From: Candidatus Acidiferrales bacterium
Lineage (GTDB): Bacteria > Acidobacteriota > Terriglobia > Acidiferrales > UBA7541
Length of the DNA: 64,000 nt
NCBI GenBank assembly: GCA_035603395.1
Contig: DATNKM010000063.1
Location: 3,065 to 67,064, forward strand
Reading direction: 5' to 3'
In this document: positions 35,760 to 44,581 of the stretch, in pieces
Position numbering within the stretch: position 1 is the stretch's first letter
Layout: each line of letters begins with the position of its first letter
Position numbers and translations under genes: made by a program
The notes under the pieces: model-generated
What the model was told of the DNA's origin: nothing
What the model saw: the letters and a program-made list of their open reading frames with translations, nothing else
The model's database searches: none

Positions 35760-36581
35760 TTATGGATTCGTTCGCGGCGGTTTCGGCGGCGGTTGTTTCA
35801 ATAGCTCGTCGGGATCATCGCTGCGGTCGATATAGCGGCCGGAAAGCGCATCGTAGCGGCCTGATGCGAGCCCGACGCAGCGTCCGGTGCACCACTCCAT
35901 CCCGTCCTGCGGCCCCACCTTGCCCTTCATCTGATTCAGCCGCTCGACCATTTTCGGCACCCAGCGTTGCGCATCGGGATTGCTCATGGTTTCGTCGGCC
36001 ATCGCGGTCATGATCGAGCCGGGATCGAGCGCGAAGACTGTGACGCCTGTTTCTTTCACTTCATTGGCGACCAATTCTGCCAGGCGATTGGCGGCCGCTT
36101 TGCCGAGGCTGTAGGCCGAAAGGCTCGGCGTGTTCATGTGGCAGCGCGGCGAGGAAATATTGATGATGCGGCCGGCTCGGTGCGCGGTCATGCCCGGTAG
36201 TACGGCGCTCATGAACAGCAGCGGGGCGCGCAAATGGACTTCCTGCGCGGCCCACCACTGGTCGGGATCGACGACGCCGATCGGGCCGTAGGGACCGGCG
36301 ATGCCGGCGTTGTTGACGAGCAGCGAAATCGGGCCGAGCTTTTCCGTTGCGGTTTCGATGACGCGTTCGACGTCGCTGCGTTTTGTCACATCGCCCGCGA
36401 TGGCCAGCGCGCGGCCGCCAGCCGATTCGATTTCGCTCGCGACCTGACCGAGCTGAGCTTTGTTGCGCGAGGTGAGCGCAATCGCTGCGCCTTCGGCGGC
36501 GAAGCGTAGCGCGATGCCTTTGCCAATGCCACGGCCCGCGCCGGTGATCAAGGCGATTTGTCCTGCGAGCAATCCACGCAT
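35760..36581 (-). CDS. SDR-family oxidoreductase
   Basis: ALITGAGRGIGKGIA (TGxxxGxG), NNAG, and YSLGKAA (YxxxK). The C-terminal extension ends ...ASGRYDALSGRYI...QPPPKPP. Confidence 0.85.
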   Translation of the reverse strand: MRGLLAGQIALITGAGRGIGKGIALRFAAEGAAIALTSRNKAQLGQVASEIESAGGRALAIAGDVTKRSDVERVIETATEKLGPISLLVNNAGIAGPYGPIGVVDPDQWWAAQEVHLRAPLLFMSAVLPGMTAHRAGRIINISSPRCHMNTPSLSAYSLGKAAANRLAELVANEVKETGVTVFALDPGSIMTAMADETMSNPDAQRWVPKMVERLNQMKGKVGPQDGMEWCTGRCVGLASGRYDALSGRYIDRSDDPDELLKQPPPKPPRTNP

Positions 36582-36771
36582 TTTGTTTGCGCCTTCCGCG
36601 ACAAACGAAGATACAGGCGGAAACGGACAGCGGCAAGGGATTCGGTGCTTGAATCAGAGACGACCTTTGCAGGGCGCCCGTGAAGAAAACTTGCTGCGGA
36701 TAAACCAGTGCACCGGAAGGCGCTTCGCGCCGGCGGTCTTATGCCGGAAGCTCCGACCCGCCTAACGAGCG

Positions 36772-38061
36772 TCACGCGTGTTCGGCGGCGGCTACCAGAG
36801 GCGCGGTGCGTTTGCGGGCCGGTTTCATTATCAGGAGCGCTAACGCTGATACCAGAGAGAGAGAAGCTACGAAGTAGAAGACCGGCGAGTAGCTGTGGAA
36901 ATGATCGAAGACCATTCCGGCCAGCGTCGCACCGACGGCTCCGGCGGTGGTGCCGATAACCATCATGAAGGAGATGACCGGAGGGTAGCCCTTCACGCCG
37001 TAATAATTTGCGGGGAGCACCATCATGGCGGAGAAACAGACACCGAACGATCCGCCGAGCAGGATGGCGTAAAGATACAGGCCAAAACCACCGCTGGCGC
37101 GCATGGCCAACAGCATTCCGGCCGCGAAAACCATCGAGCCCGCCGCCCAAACGAGACGAGGTTCGATGCGATCGGCGACTGCGGCGAAGACAAGAGTGCC
37201 GAAGAGCGCAGACAGCAACATGATCGAGATCGAGGACGCGGCCTGGGCCGGCGTGTAGCCCAGGTCGCGGAGATGCGCATTGCCGTGGGCGATGTAGAGC
37301 GGGTAGCCGGCGCTGAATCCGAGCAGCGAAATCAGAATCAACCAGATCGCCGGTGTGCGAAGCGCGTCCATGAGCGTCCAATCCTCATTCGTTTTGTGCA
37401 CACGTTCCTTCGCGGCACGCTGCGACGAAAGCGCCGCTGCCTCCGTGGCGCCGTCCGGAAACTGCCCAAGATCGGCGGGGCGTTCTCGCACGAATACCAG
37501 GGCGAGCAGAGTGCAGATCACGCTGTTTGCGGCGATCAGCCACCATCCCGCGCGCCAATTGCCGCCAGAGATTCGAATCACTTTGTCGAGCGAGCGCGCC
37601 GCGACGAATCCGCCGAACGTGCCGCCGGTGTGAACGAGGGTGATGGCGAGTCCTTTGTAGCGATTGAACCACCGATTGATAGCGGTTTGCGAGACGAGCA
37701 CGCCACCGGTCATTGCGCCCAGGCCGATCATCACGCCGTACACGAGGTCGGTCTGCAAGCTCGTGTGGACGACAAACGACATCAGGAGCGCGCCCGTCGC
37801 CACCACGCTGCAGCCAAGCGCGGCGGTAAATCGCACTCCCTTTCTGACGATGAGGATGGCGATCAGTGGAGCGGGAACTCCGATCATCAGCTGGTAGATG
37901 GCGTAGGCGAGGCCGAGCTGCGTGCGGTCCCAGTGCAGCGCTTCCGCCATGTAAGTGTTGACGACGCTGGCGCCATAGAGAGGGAAGGCGAAATTCGCGA
38001 ACAGGATAATCCAGAAAATCGCCAGCAGCTTCCAGCCGTAGAAGTTGGATTGTCGCGTCAT
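36772..38061 (-). CDS. MFS transporter
   Basis: 12-TM-type hydrophobic profile. The start is set at ATG 38061 (MTRQSNFYGWKLLAIFWIILF...). The upstream part of the track ORF is Ser/Arg-rich and non-membrane. Confidence 0.8.
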   Translation of the reverse strand: MTRQSNFYGWKLLAIFWIILFANFAFPLYGASVVNTYMAEALHWDRTQLGLAYAIYQLMIGVPAPLIAILIVRKGVRFTAALGCSVVATGALLMSFVVHTSLQTDLVYGVMIGLGAMTGGVLVSQTAINRWFNRYKGLAITLVHTGGTFGGFVAARSLDKVIRISGGNWRAGWWLIAANSVICTLLALVFVRERPADLGQFPDGATEAAALSSQRAAKERVHKTNEDWTLMDALRTPAIWLILISLLGFSAGYPLYIAHGNAHLRDLGYTPAQAASSISIMLLSALFGTLVFAAVADRIEPRLVWAAGSMVFAAGMLLAMRASGGFGLYLYAILLGGSFGVCFSAMMVLPANYYGVKGYPPVISFMMVIGTTAGAVGATLAGMVFDHFHSYSPVFYFVASLSLVSALALLIMKPARKRTAPLVAAAEHA

Positions 38062-38101
38062 CGCCCCCACCGTGCGTGCGCGTGCGTGTATTGCCCTGAA
38101 A

Positions 38102-39547
38102 TTATTGAAGCTCTTCGGCCGTGACCCAGTTGCCGTGGACCTGGTTGCGCAAGCGGAGCGGCAGATGCGCCGTGGCGATCGGGCCTTTGTCGAGATGCTC
38201 GGCTTCGAAGACGAGCAGATCGGAAAGCTGCGTATCGTGCAGGTCGGCGATGAGGGCGAGATAGCCTTCATGGCCCGGCGTGCGCGACGGAATGTGAACT
38301 TCTTCCTGGATCGTTACCGGACGCGTGGGGTGCCACGATTTCAGCTTGCCGCTCTTGATTTCGAGACGGCTGAGGGTGTTGAAGCCCGCGCCGACAGGTC
38401 CCGCGACGATCGGCGCGCCGACCGCGGGGTCGAAACGCTCGTAGTAGCCGATGGAGTAGTCCTTCATGTGGTCCTTATTCGCGATGCGCGGGAAATCGCC
38501 GGCGGGCGCGAGCTTGTACTCCTCGAATTTTTCGCCCGGCTTGGACATGTCGAAACTCCAGCGCACCACTTTGCCGTAGGCGAAGTCCTCGGCTGTGGGA
38601 TGGATGTGCGAGGCCTGCTGGATGAATGGAAACGGAGCGTACTTGCCGATGCCGAAATCGAGGTGGACGAATTTCCCCTCGGTGTGCGCATTCATGAAAT
38701 GAAACGCGGAGCATGCGGAATGCCTGAACCAGCGCATCTGATCGACGTGACCGTCGCGCGGCATGATGCCGACGAAGGCGTCGAGCGAGGGATCGTTGAC
38801 CCAGTGAACGCCGCCGGCTTTCATGCGGTCGAGATCGGCAGTGGTCGGGAACACGGGGAAGATCACGTGTTCCTTCGAGACCGCGAAATCGTGCATCAGC
38901 GAAACGTAGGGAACCTGGAACCACTCCTCTTTGACGAGCTGGCCCTCTTTGTCGGCGACGCAGTAGGAGACGTCGCGCGTGGCCAGGCCGCTGGCTTCGT
39001 AGCCGAAAAAGTGCATTTCCTGCGTTTCGTTGTCAAGCCTCGTATGCGCGGTCATGGTCTGGCTTTTCAGCTTCCCGCCGTAATTGAACACGCCGACGGT
39101 TTCGAGCGTTTCCGGGTCAACTTCGACGGCGTGGCCGTCTTCTTTGAGCGTCAGCAGCCTGCCTCCGTGGAAGATCGGCGTCGTGTTGTTCACACAGCGG
39201 TTGATGCCCTTTACGCTGGGGTCGTCGGTGTACGGATTGCGATAGAGGCCGAAAAGCCCGCGGCGGGCTTTGCGATCGGCTTTCAGGCGGTCGGTCATGA
39301 TGTACTTCATCTTGAAATCGATGTGGCCGTTCTCGAATTTGAAGGCGCTGATCATGCCGTCGCCGCTCAGGTAGGTGTCGTGGCCGAGCATCGGCGGATA
39401 TTGCGGATCGGGGATCGTGCGATACCAGGCGCCGTTGATTTCAGCCGGCAGATTTCCTTCGATCACCAGGTCGTAGATGTCGCATTCCGTGCGCATCGGC
39501 GCGTTGAAGCCGTTGTAATCGAATGAGTCCGGGAACTTCGTTGTCAT
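38102..39547 (-). CDS. Carotenoid oxygenase family dioxygenase (carotenoid-cleavage / lignostilbene-alpha,beta-dioxygenase-like)
   Basis: MTTKFPDSFDYNGFNAPMRTECDIYDLVIEGNLPAEINGAWYRTIPDP...YLSGDGMISAFKF...MHDFAVSKEHVIFP. ATG at 39547. Confidence 0.8.
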   Translation of the reverse strand: MTTKFPDSFDYNGFNAPMRTECDIYDLVIEGNLPAEINGAWYRTIPDPQYPPMLGHDTYLSGDGMISAFKFENGHIDFKMKYIMTDRLKADRKARRGLFGLYRNPYTDDPSVKGINRCVNNTTPIFHGGRLLTLKEDGHAVEVDPETLETVGVFNYGGKLKSQTMTAHTRLDNETQEMHFFGYEASGLATRDVSYCVADKEGQLVKEEWFQVPYVSLMHDFAVSKEHVIFPVFPTTADLDRMKAGGVHWVNDPSLDAFVGIMPRDGHVDQMRWFRHSACSAFHFMNAHTEGKFVHLDFGIGKYAPFPFIQQASHIHPTAEDFAYGKVVRWSFDMSKPGEKFEEYKLAPAGDFPRIANKDHMKDYSIGYYERFDPAVGAPIVAGPVGAGFNTLSRLEIKSGKLKSWHPTRPVTIQEEVHIPSRTPGHEGYLALIADLHDTQLSDLLVFEAEHLDKGPIATAHLPLRLRNQVHGNWVTAEELQ

Positions 39548-39768
39548 GATGGTTTCATCCCCCCAAAGGAATCGGTGCAGTATGAACCTTTCTTCCTCTT
39601 CTCGTATCACCTTCGCGACGAGGCTGTCAACGTGTCCCGCGGCGCTCTGGCACAGCATCCGGAACTCAGCCGTTACAATAACGAACGATCGCGCCGCAGA
39701 GCGTTCCGCGGCCGGCGCGCGGGTGCTACCATACGCATCAATTTAGATTCCCGCGATGGAGTGATTTG

Positions 39769-41211
39769 ATGCCTGACGGAGCCGACAAACCGGCCGCGCC
39801 GCGAGGGGTGATCTCAGCCTCTTCGCAGCTGATCGAGCGGAAGCTTGCCACGATCCTTTCCGCGGACGTCGCTGAATTCAGCCGCCTGATGAGCGAGGAC
39901 GAAGAACAGACTCTGCGCCTCTTTCGCGGACACAAGAAAATCTTTGAGGCGCTGGTCGCCACCCATCACGGGCGCGTTTTCAATACTGCCGGCGATGCCA
40001 TCCTTGCCGAGTTCGCCAGCGCCGTTGAAGCGGTGCGCTGCGCGACCGACGTGCAATCGGCGCTGCGCACGCGCAACGACGCTTTCCCGCCGTCGCGGCA
40101 GGTGCGCTTCCGGATCGGCGTCAACTTGGGCGACGTGATGATTCAAGGGCAGGACCTGCTGGGTGACGGCGTGAATCTGGCCGCACGCCTGCAGACGGCG
40201 GCCGAGCCCGGCGGCATCTGCATTTCGGGCAGCGTGCACGACCAGATTCGCAATAAGCTGTCGCTCGCGTTTCACTCGCTGGGCGAACGCAATTACAAAA
40301 ATATTCCGCAGCCGGTTCGCACTTTTGCCATCTCGGAGTCCGAAGGAGGCATCGTGCTGCCGAGCGCGAAGCCGCACGCCGCGTGGAAGCATCCGGCGAT
40401 TTGGGCGGTCGCGGGAGTATTACTCGCCGCTGGCGTTGGTTACGGTGCTTACGCGTTGTTTCAGCACGGAAAGCTGCCGAATGCGACACCGACGGGTTCG
40501 TCGTCGGCAATGCCCGCATCTCCGACCGTTGGGTTCGAGAGTCCTGCGCCGGTGATTCCGGCAATGGTCCCGCCACCTGCGCCGGAGGTCGTGCCGCAAT
40601 CAACGGGGAGCGCTCCTGCACCGGTGGCGCACAAGGTCGACGCGAAACCGGCCCGAGCGTCCACGCCGCCAGCCAAGCAAGCGGCCCCTGCGAGCGAGGC
40701 CACTCCGTCTCTGGCACCGTCAAAGTCTGACACGCAGCCGGCGGCCGGACCTTCGCCCAGGTCTGCTGCGGCGCCATCGAATTCACCAGCCCTGATCGAA
40801 GTCGAACCGGCGCCCGAACCGGCCGCTCCCGTGACGCACGTTCGCAAGGGCGCACGTCCCGCCGGGGGTTCCGACGCGACCGCGGGCACCTTCGACGGCG
40901 TTTACGCCGGGCAGGTTTGCTACGAAAAAGTCGCAGCGCTGCCGCACCATTGTTATCGCGCGTCCGGAAACGTGAACGGCAACAAGATATCGGGACGCTG
41001 GCTGATCGAGCAGGGGCCGCTGACGATGTTCATGGAAGGCCGGGTCGCGCGGAACGGCGACGTCACGATCCAGATGCACAGCGATCAACCGGATGGCACT
41101 CGCGTGGCGACGATCAATTTAGCCGGCAGCATTCGCAACGGCACGATTTTAGCGGCTGGTAAGTTCCTGAGGGGCCGGGCCGCCAGCATCGACTGGCAGC
41201 TTCAACGATAA
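39769..41211 (+). CDS. Class III adenylate/guanylate cyclase with TM segment, Pro/Ala/Ser-rich linker and uncharacterised C-terminal domain
   Basis: KLATILSADVAEFSRLM...FNTAGDAILAEF...RIGVNLGDV...GDGVNLAARL. TM segment AIWAVAGVLLAAGVGYGAYALF. The C-terminal ~115 aa begin GTFDGVYAGQVCYEK. GGAG lies 8 nt before the ATG at 39769. Confidence 0.85.
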   Translation: MPDGADKPAAPRGVISASSQLIERKLATILSADVAEFSRLMSEDEEQTLRLFRGHKKIFEALVATHHGRVFNTAGDAILAEFASAVEAVRCATDVQSALRTRNDAFPPSRQVRFRIGVNLGDVMIQGQDLLGDGVNLAARLQTAAEPGGICISGSVHDQIRNKLSLAFHSLGERNYKNIPQPVRTFAISESEGGIVLPSAKPHAAWKHPAIWAVAGVLLAAGVGYGAYALFQHGKLPNATPTGSSSAMPASPTVGFESPAPVIPAMVPPPAPEVVPQSTGSAPAPVAHKVDAKPARASTPPAKQAAPASEATPSLAPSKSDTQPAAGPSPRSAAAPSNSPALIEVEPAPEPAAPVTHVRKGARPAGGSDATAGTFDGVYAGQVCYEKVAALPHHCYRASGNVNGNKISGRWLIEQGPLTMFMEGRVARNGDVTIQMHSDQPDGTRVATINLAGSIRNGTILAAGKFLRGRAASIDWQLQR

Positions 41212-41302
41212 GTTCGTTGCGTGGACCCGCCCGCATCCGTCAACGTAGGACGCGCGGGCGACTTTTTCTCGCAGTCTTGCCGAACGCACTCAAGGACCGA
41301 GC

Positions 41303-42310
41303 TTGAACACTTTCCGTTTCACGCGGATTGTTGCAGCTTTCGTGGCATGTCTGGGTATTGCCGCAGCCTTGGCGCAAGATCAGCCCGCGAAGCCGACCAT
41401 CGTGGAGGAACTAGGGCCGCCTCCTGCCTGGGCCTACGTCGTGGATCCACCTGCGAGCGCCGCGAGCGCTACGAAGAATCCCCCGGACAATGAACTGCGG
41501 CACATTCCCGGCAGCATGGCTGCGTTCACGCCCGCCCAAATTGGCGATCTCTACGCTGCGGTCGATTGGCATCCGGGCGCGCACCCGGTGATGCCTGAAG
41601 TGGTTGCGCACGGGCGGCAGCCGGACCTTTTCGCCTGCGGCTACTGCCATTTGCCGAATGGACAGGGCCGGCCCGAGAACGCGAGCCTTGCGGGATTGCC
41701 GACAGTATACATCGTCCGGCAGATGGCCGATTTTCGCGCGGGGCGCCGAAAGGCTTCCGAGCCGCGGCAGGGGCCTGTGAGCTATATGGTCGGCGTGGCT
41801 TCGAAAACGGATGACGACGAAGTGCGCGCGGCCGCCGATTATTTTTCCGCGCTCCAGCCGAAGCCGTGGATTCGCGTGGTCGAAATGAAAACCGTGCCGA
41901 AGACGCGCGCGGCCGGCTGGATGCTCGTGCCGGCGCCGGGCAGGGAACCAATCGGTGAACGCATCATCGAAACTGCGGAAAATCTCGACCAGACCGAGCT
42001 GCGCAACGACGAGTCAGGATTCATCGCCTACGTGCCCGTGGACAGCATTGCGAAGGGGAAAGTGCTCGTAACGACCAGCGGCGGTAAAACGATTCCGTGC
42101 AGCCTCTGCCACGGCCGCGATCTTCGAGGGAAGAATGACGTGCCGTCGATTGCCGGGCGCTCGCCAAGCTACATCGTCCGCCAGCTCTATGACATCCGCA
42201 GCGGCACGCGCAACGGAATGAGCGCGGCGCTGATGAAGCCCACTGTCGCAAAATTGACGCTCGACGAGATCGTGTCAATCGCTGCGTACACGTCATCGCT
42301 TCATCCTTAA
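41303..42310 (+). CDS. Dihaem c-type cytochrome (secreted)
   Basis: Signal peptide (FTRIVAAFVACLGIAAALA) and two CxxCH motifs (CGYCH, CSLCH). TTG start after AAGGA. Confidence 0.8.
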   Translation: MNTFRFTRIVAAFVACLGIAAALAQDQPAKPTIVEELGPPPAWAYVVDPPASAASATKNPPDNELRHIPGSMAAFTPAQIGDLYAAVDWHPGAHPVMPEVVAHGRQPDLFACGYCHLPNGQGRPENASLAGLPTVYIVRQMADFRAGRRKASEPRQGPVSYMVGVASKTDDDEVRAAADYFSALQPKPWIRVVEMKTVPKTRAAGWMLVPAPGREPIGERIIETAENLDQTELRNDESGFIAYVPVDSIAKGKVLVTTSGGKTIPCSLCHGRDLRGKNDVPSIAGRSPSYIVRQLYDIRSGTRNGMSAALMKPTVAKLTLDEIVSIAAYTSSLHP

Positions 42311-42311
42311 T

Positions 42312-43190
42312 TCACCGCTGCCGAGTGCGTTCCGGCTCGCGTGGGATCAACGCGGAGCCGGGCTTTGGCGGCGGCTCGAGCAGAAGCTTATCGAAATGGT
42401 CGCCCGGGAGCAGGAATCGTCCTGAAAGCGCGGCGTATCGGCCGGACGCGAGCTGGACGCACATTTCGGCGCAGCGCGCCAGGCCCGGGGCAGGGTCGGC
42501 GGTCGCCTTCAGATTTTTCAGGTATTCGACCATGTGCGGCACCCACTTTTTCGCGTCAGGCGATTGAATCGTGTACTCGGTCATGTCGGTATAAACCGTG
42601 CCGGGCTCGATCGAGAAAACGCTCACGCCGAATTCTTTCGCTTCCGCTGCGGCGTGTTCCGAAAGACGAATCTGGCTCGATTTTGCCACCGCGTAACCGG
42701 TGAGTTTCGGAGCGAACCATTGCCCGCCGAGCGCGGCCACGTTCACGACCGTGCCCTTGCCCCGCGCGACCATTCCCGGCATCACCGTGTGCATGAAAAG
42801 CAGCGTGCCGCGGACGATCACCGCCTGCGCGCCCCACCATTCGTCGGGATCGTTGGTCCAGACGGGCCCGAACGGACCGGTGACGCCGGCGTTGTTCACC
42901 AGAATCGTCGTCGGACCGAATTGATTCTCGGCCGCTTCGACCGCGCGCATCACATCTGCGCGATTCGTCACGTCGCCAGCGGCTGCGAACGCGCGACCAC
43001 CCCTCCGCTCGATCAACGCTACGGTTTCATCGAGCTGATTCCTGGAACGCGCTGTAACGGTGACGGCGGCGCCTGCTCGAGCGAGTCCCTGCGCAATGGC
43101 CCGCCCGAATCCACGGCCGCCGCCGGTAACAATCGCAGTTTCGCCCGCGAGCGAAATCGACTGGCCGCCGGCCGCCCGCGCCGCGCTCAC
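42312..43190 (-). CDS. SDR-family oxidoreductase (paralogue of 35760-36581)
   Basis: AIVTGGGRGFGRAIA, NNAG, and YAVAKSS (YxxxK). The C-terminal ASGRYAALSGRFL...EPPPKPG parallels the other SDR. Its GTG start overlaps the upstream stop by 4 nt. Confidence 0.85.
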   Translation of the reverse strand: MSAARAAGGQSISLAGETAIVTGGGRGFGRAIAQGLARAGAAVTVTARSRNQLDETVALIERRGGRAFAAAGDVTNRADVMRAVEAAENQFGPTTILVNNAGVTGPFGPVWTNDPDEWWGAQAVIVRGTLLFMHTVMPGMVARGKGTVVNVAALGGQWFAPKLTGYAVAKSSQIRLSEHAAAEAKEFGVSVFSIEPGTVYTDMTEYTIQSPDAKKWVPHMVEYLKNLKATADPAPGLARCAEMCVQLASGRYAALSGRFLLPGDHFDKLLLEPPPKPGSALIPREPERTRQR

Positions 43191-43873
43191 TGAATCGGTT
43201 TCCCCGTCACGGGATGGAGGTAGTGGTAGGGGACGAGCTCATTTTCAGGCCAGAAACTCGCGCGCCGTGCAATCAGCTCGTCGGGACCGTTGGGGTCTTC
43301 GGGAAATGTTGTTGAAAATGGCGGGACGGCATAGCCGGGCTTCACTTTGCCCCAGCCCTGCTCGTACGGCGCGTAGAAAAACACGTTGTAGTTCAGCACA
43401 CCGATTTTCCAGACGCCGTCTTCTTTCAGATACGTGTTCTCGTAAACGCCTGCTTCCCAAAACGCGGGGAAAATCTGCGGCACGCTCTCGTGGCTTCCAC
43501 CCTGCATGAAGCAGCGGTAACGCGCCTGGGCGGACCGACGGTCCGGCGCAATCGTGATCACGTCCTGGAGCAGAAGATGATCGAGCAGCAGCCCATGCAC
43601 AGGGCCATTTTTCCCGACGGCGAATCTTGTGCCGAGCCGCCCGCAATACAAGCGGCGCACGCCGGTCTTGCCCCTGAAAACACCACCCAGAAAATACGTC
43701 TCCCCTTGTTCGGAGAAGAGGTCCACTACCTCTTCATACTTGCACTTGTCCATGAAATAGCCGTAGGCGTGCTGGAGCCGGCGTATCGCAAGCTCATCTT
43801 CGGTGCGGCCGAGGCGATTTTCGAGTTCGCCCACGCGCTTCTCGAGCGCCTGCATTTTTTCGTTGGTCACCAA
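43187..43873 (-). CDS. NTF2/SnoaL-like family protein
   Basis: N-terminal coiled segment (MQALEKRVGELENRLGRTEDELAIRRLQHAYGYFMD), then a SnoaL_4-like body. 228 aa. Confidence 0.6.
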   Translation of the reverse strand: MVTNEKMQALEKRVGELENRLGRTEDELAIRRLQHAYGYFMDKCKYEEVVDLFSEQGETYFLGGVFRGKTGVRRLYCGRLGTRFAVGKNGPVHGLLLDHLLLQDVITIAPDRRSAQARYRCFMQGGSHESVPQIFPAFWEAGVYENTYLKEDGVWKIGVLNYNVFFYAPYEQGWGKVKPGYAVPPFSTTFPEDPNGPDELIARRASFWPENELVPYHYLHPVTGKPIQ

Positions 43874-43892
43874 TCTCCGCTTCGGGACACCG

Positions 43893-44549
43893 TCAGCGCT
43901 GGACGGTCGTCTTTTTGTCTGCGCGCAGCATCCAGTTACCGCGGGGAATGCGGTCCATCTGAAAAAGGTCCGAAGTGCGTGCGTACCACCCCGTGCCGTG
44001 CATGCGCCCGATAAGCTTGAGGCGAGGCGTGTCGATGTAGTGCTTCACGGGATCGATGACCAGATCGTCGCGCACATGCATGGCCAGCACTCTCCCCAAC
44101 ACCAGGCCGTTGTCCGGCCCGAGCTCTACGATCTGCATCAACGCGCATTCCATCGATACGGGGCTCGCGGCAATCCGCGGCGGCTTTACATGAACGGAAG
44201 GAATGGTTTCCAGCTCCGCCTCTATCGTCTCGTTGACTTCAGGCTCAAACTCGATCGCCGTGATGTTCATGGCCTCGGCCATGTCTTCCGAGACGAGATT
44301 CACCACGAACTCTTTCGTCTTCCGAATATTTCGCCGCGTGTCCTTCGCGCGGCCCGGTTCATGGCTCCCGATGCCGATCCCGACCACCGGCGGATCGCCT
44401 GCGAAAACGTTGAAAAACGAAAAAGGAGCCGCGTTCAGTTGGCCGTCCGGATTTAGGCTGGAGATCCACGCGATCGGGCGCGGTGTTACGGTCGAAACCA
44501 GAAGTTTGTATCCCTCCCGAGGAGGGATTTTGCCGAAATCGAACAGCAT
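43893..44549 (-). CDS. Flavin reductase family protein (FMN-binding split barrel)
   Basis: YKLLVSTVTPRPIAWISSLNPDGQLNAAPFSFFNVF. The ATG at 44549 is preceded by AGGAGA. The track ORF start at 44615 would overlap the ALDH gene. Confidence 0.8.
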   Translation of the reverse strand: MLFDFGKIPPREGYKLLVSTVTPRPIAWISSLNPDGQLNAAPFSFFNVFAGDPPVVGIGIGSHEPGRAKDTRRNIRKTKEFVVNLVSEDMAEAMNITAIEFEPEVNETIEAELETIPSVHVKPPRIAASPVSMECALMQIVELGPDNGLVLGRVLAMHVRDDLVIDPVKHYIDTPRLKLIGRMHGTGWYARTSDLFQMDRIPRGNWMLRADKKTTVQR

Positions 44550-44581
44550 TGATGTCTCCTGTGGAAGATCTCTGCCGCTTT

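Noticed and set aside
36895-39526. 409-aa and 493-aa plus-strand ORFs
   Set aside because: They are antisense to the MFS transporter and the carotenoid-oxygenase genes. Their composition is Arg/Asp/Gly/His-rich and they have no RBS.
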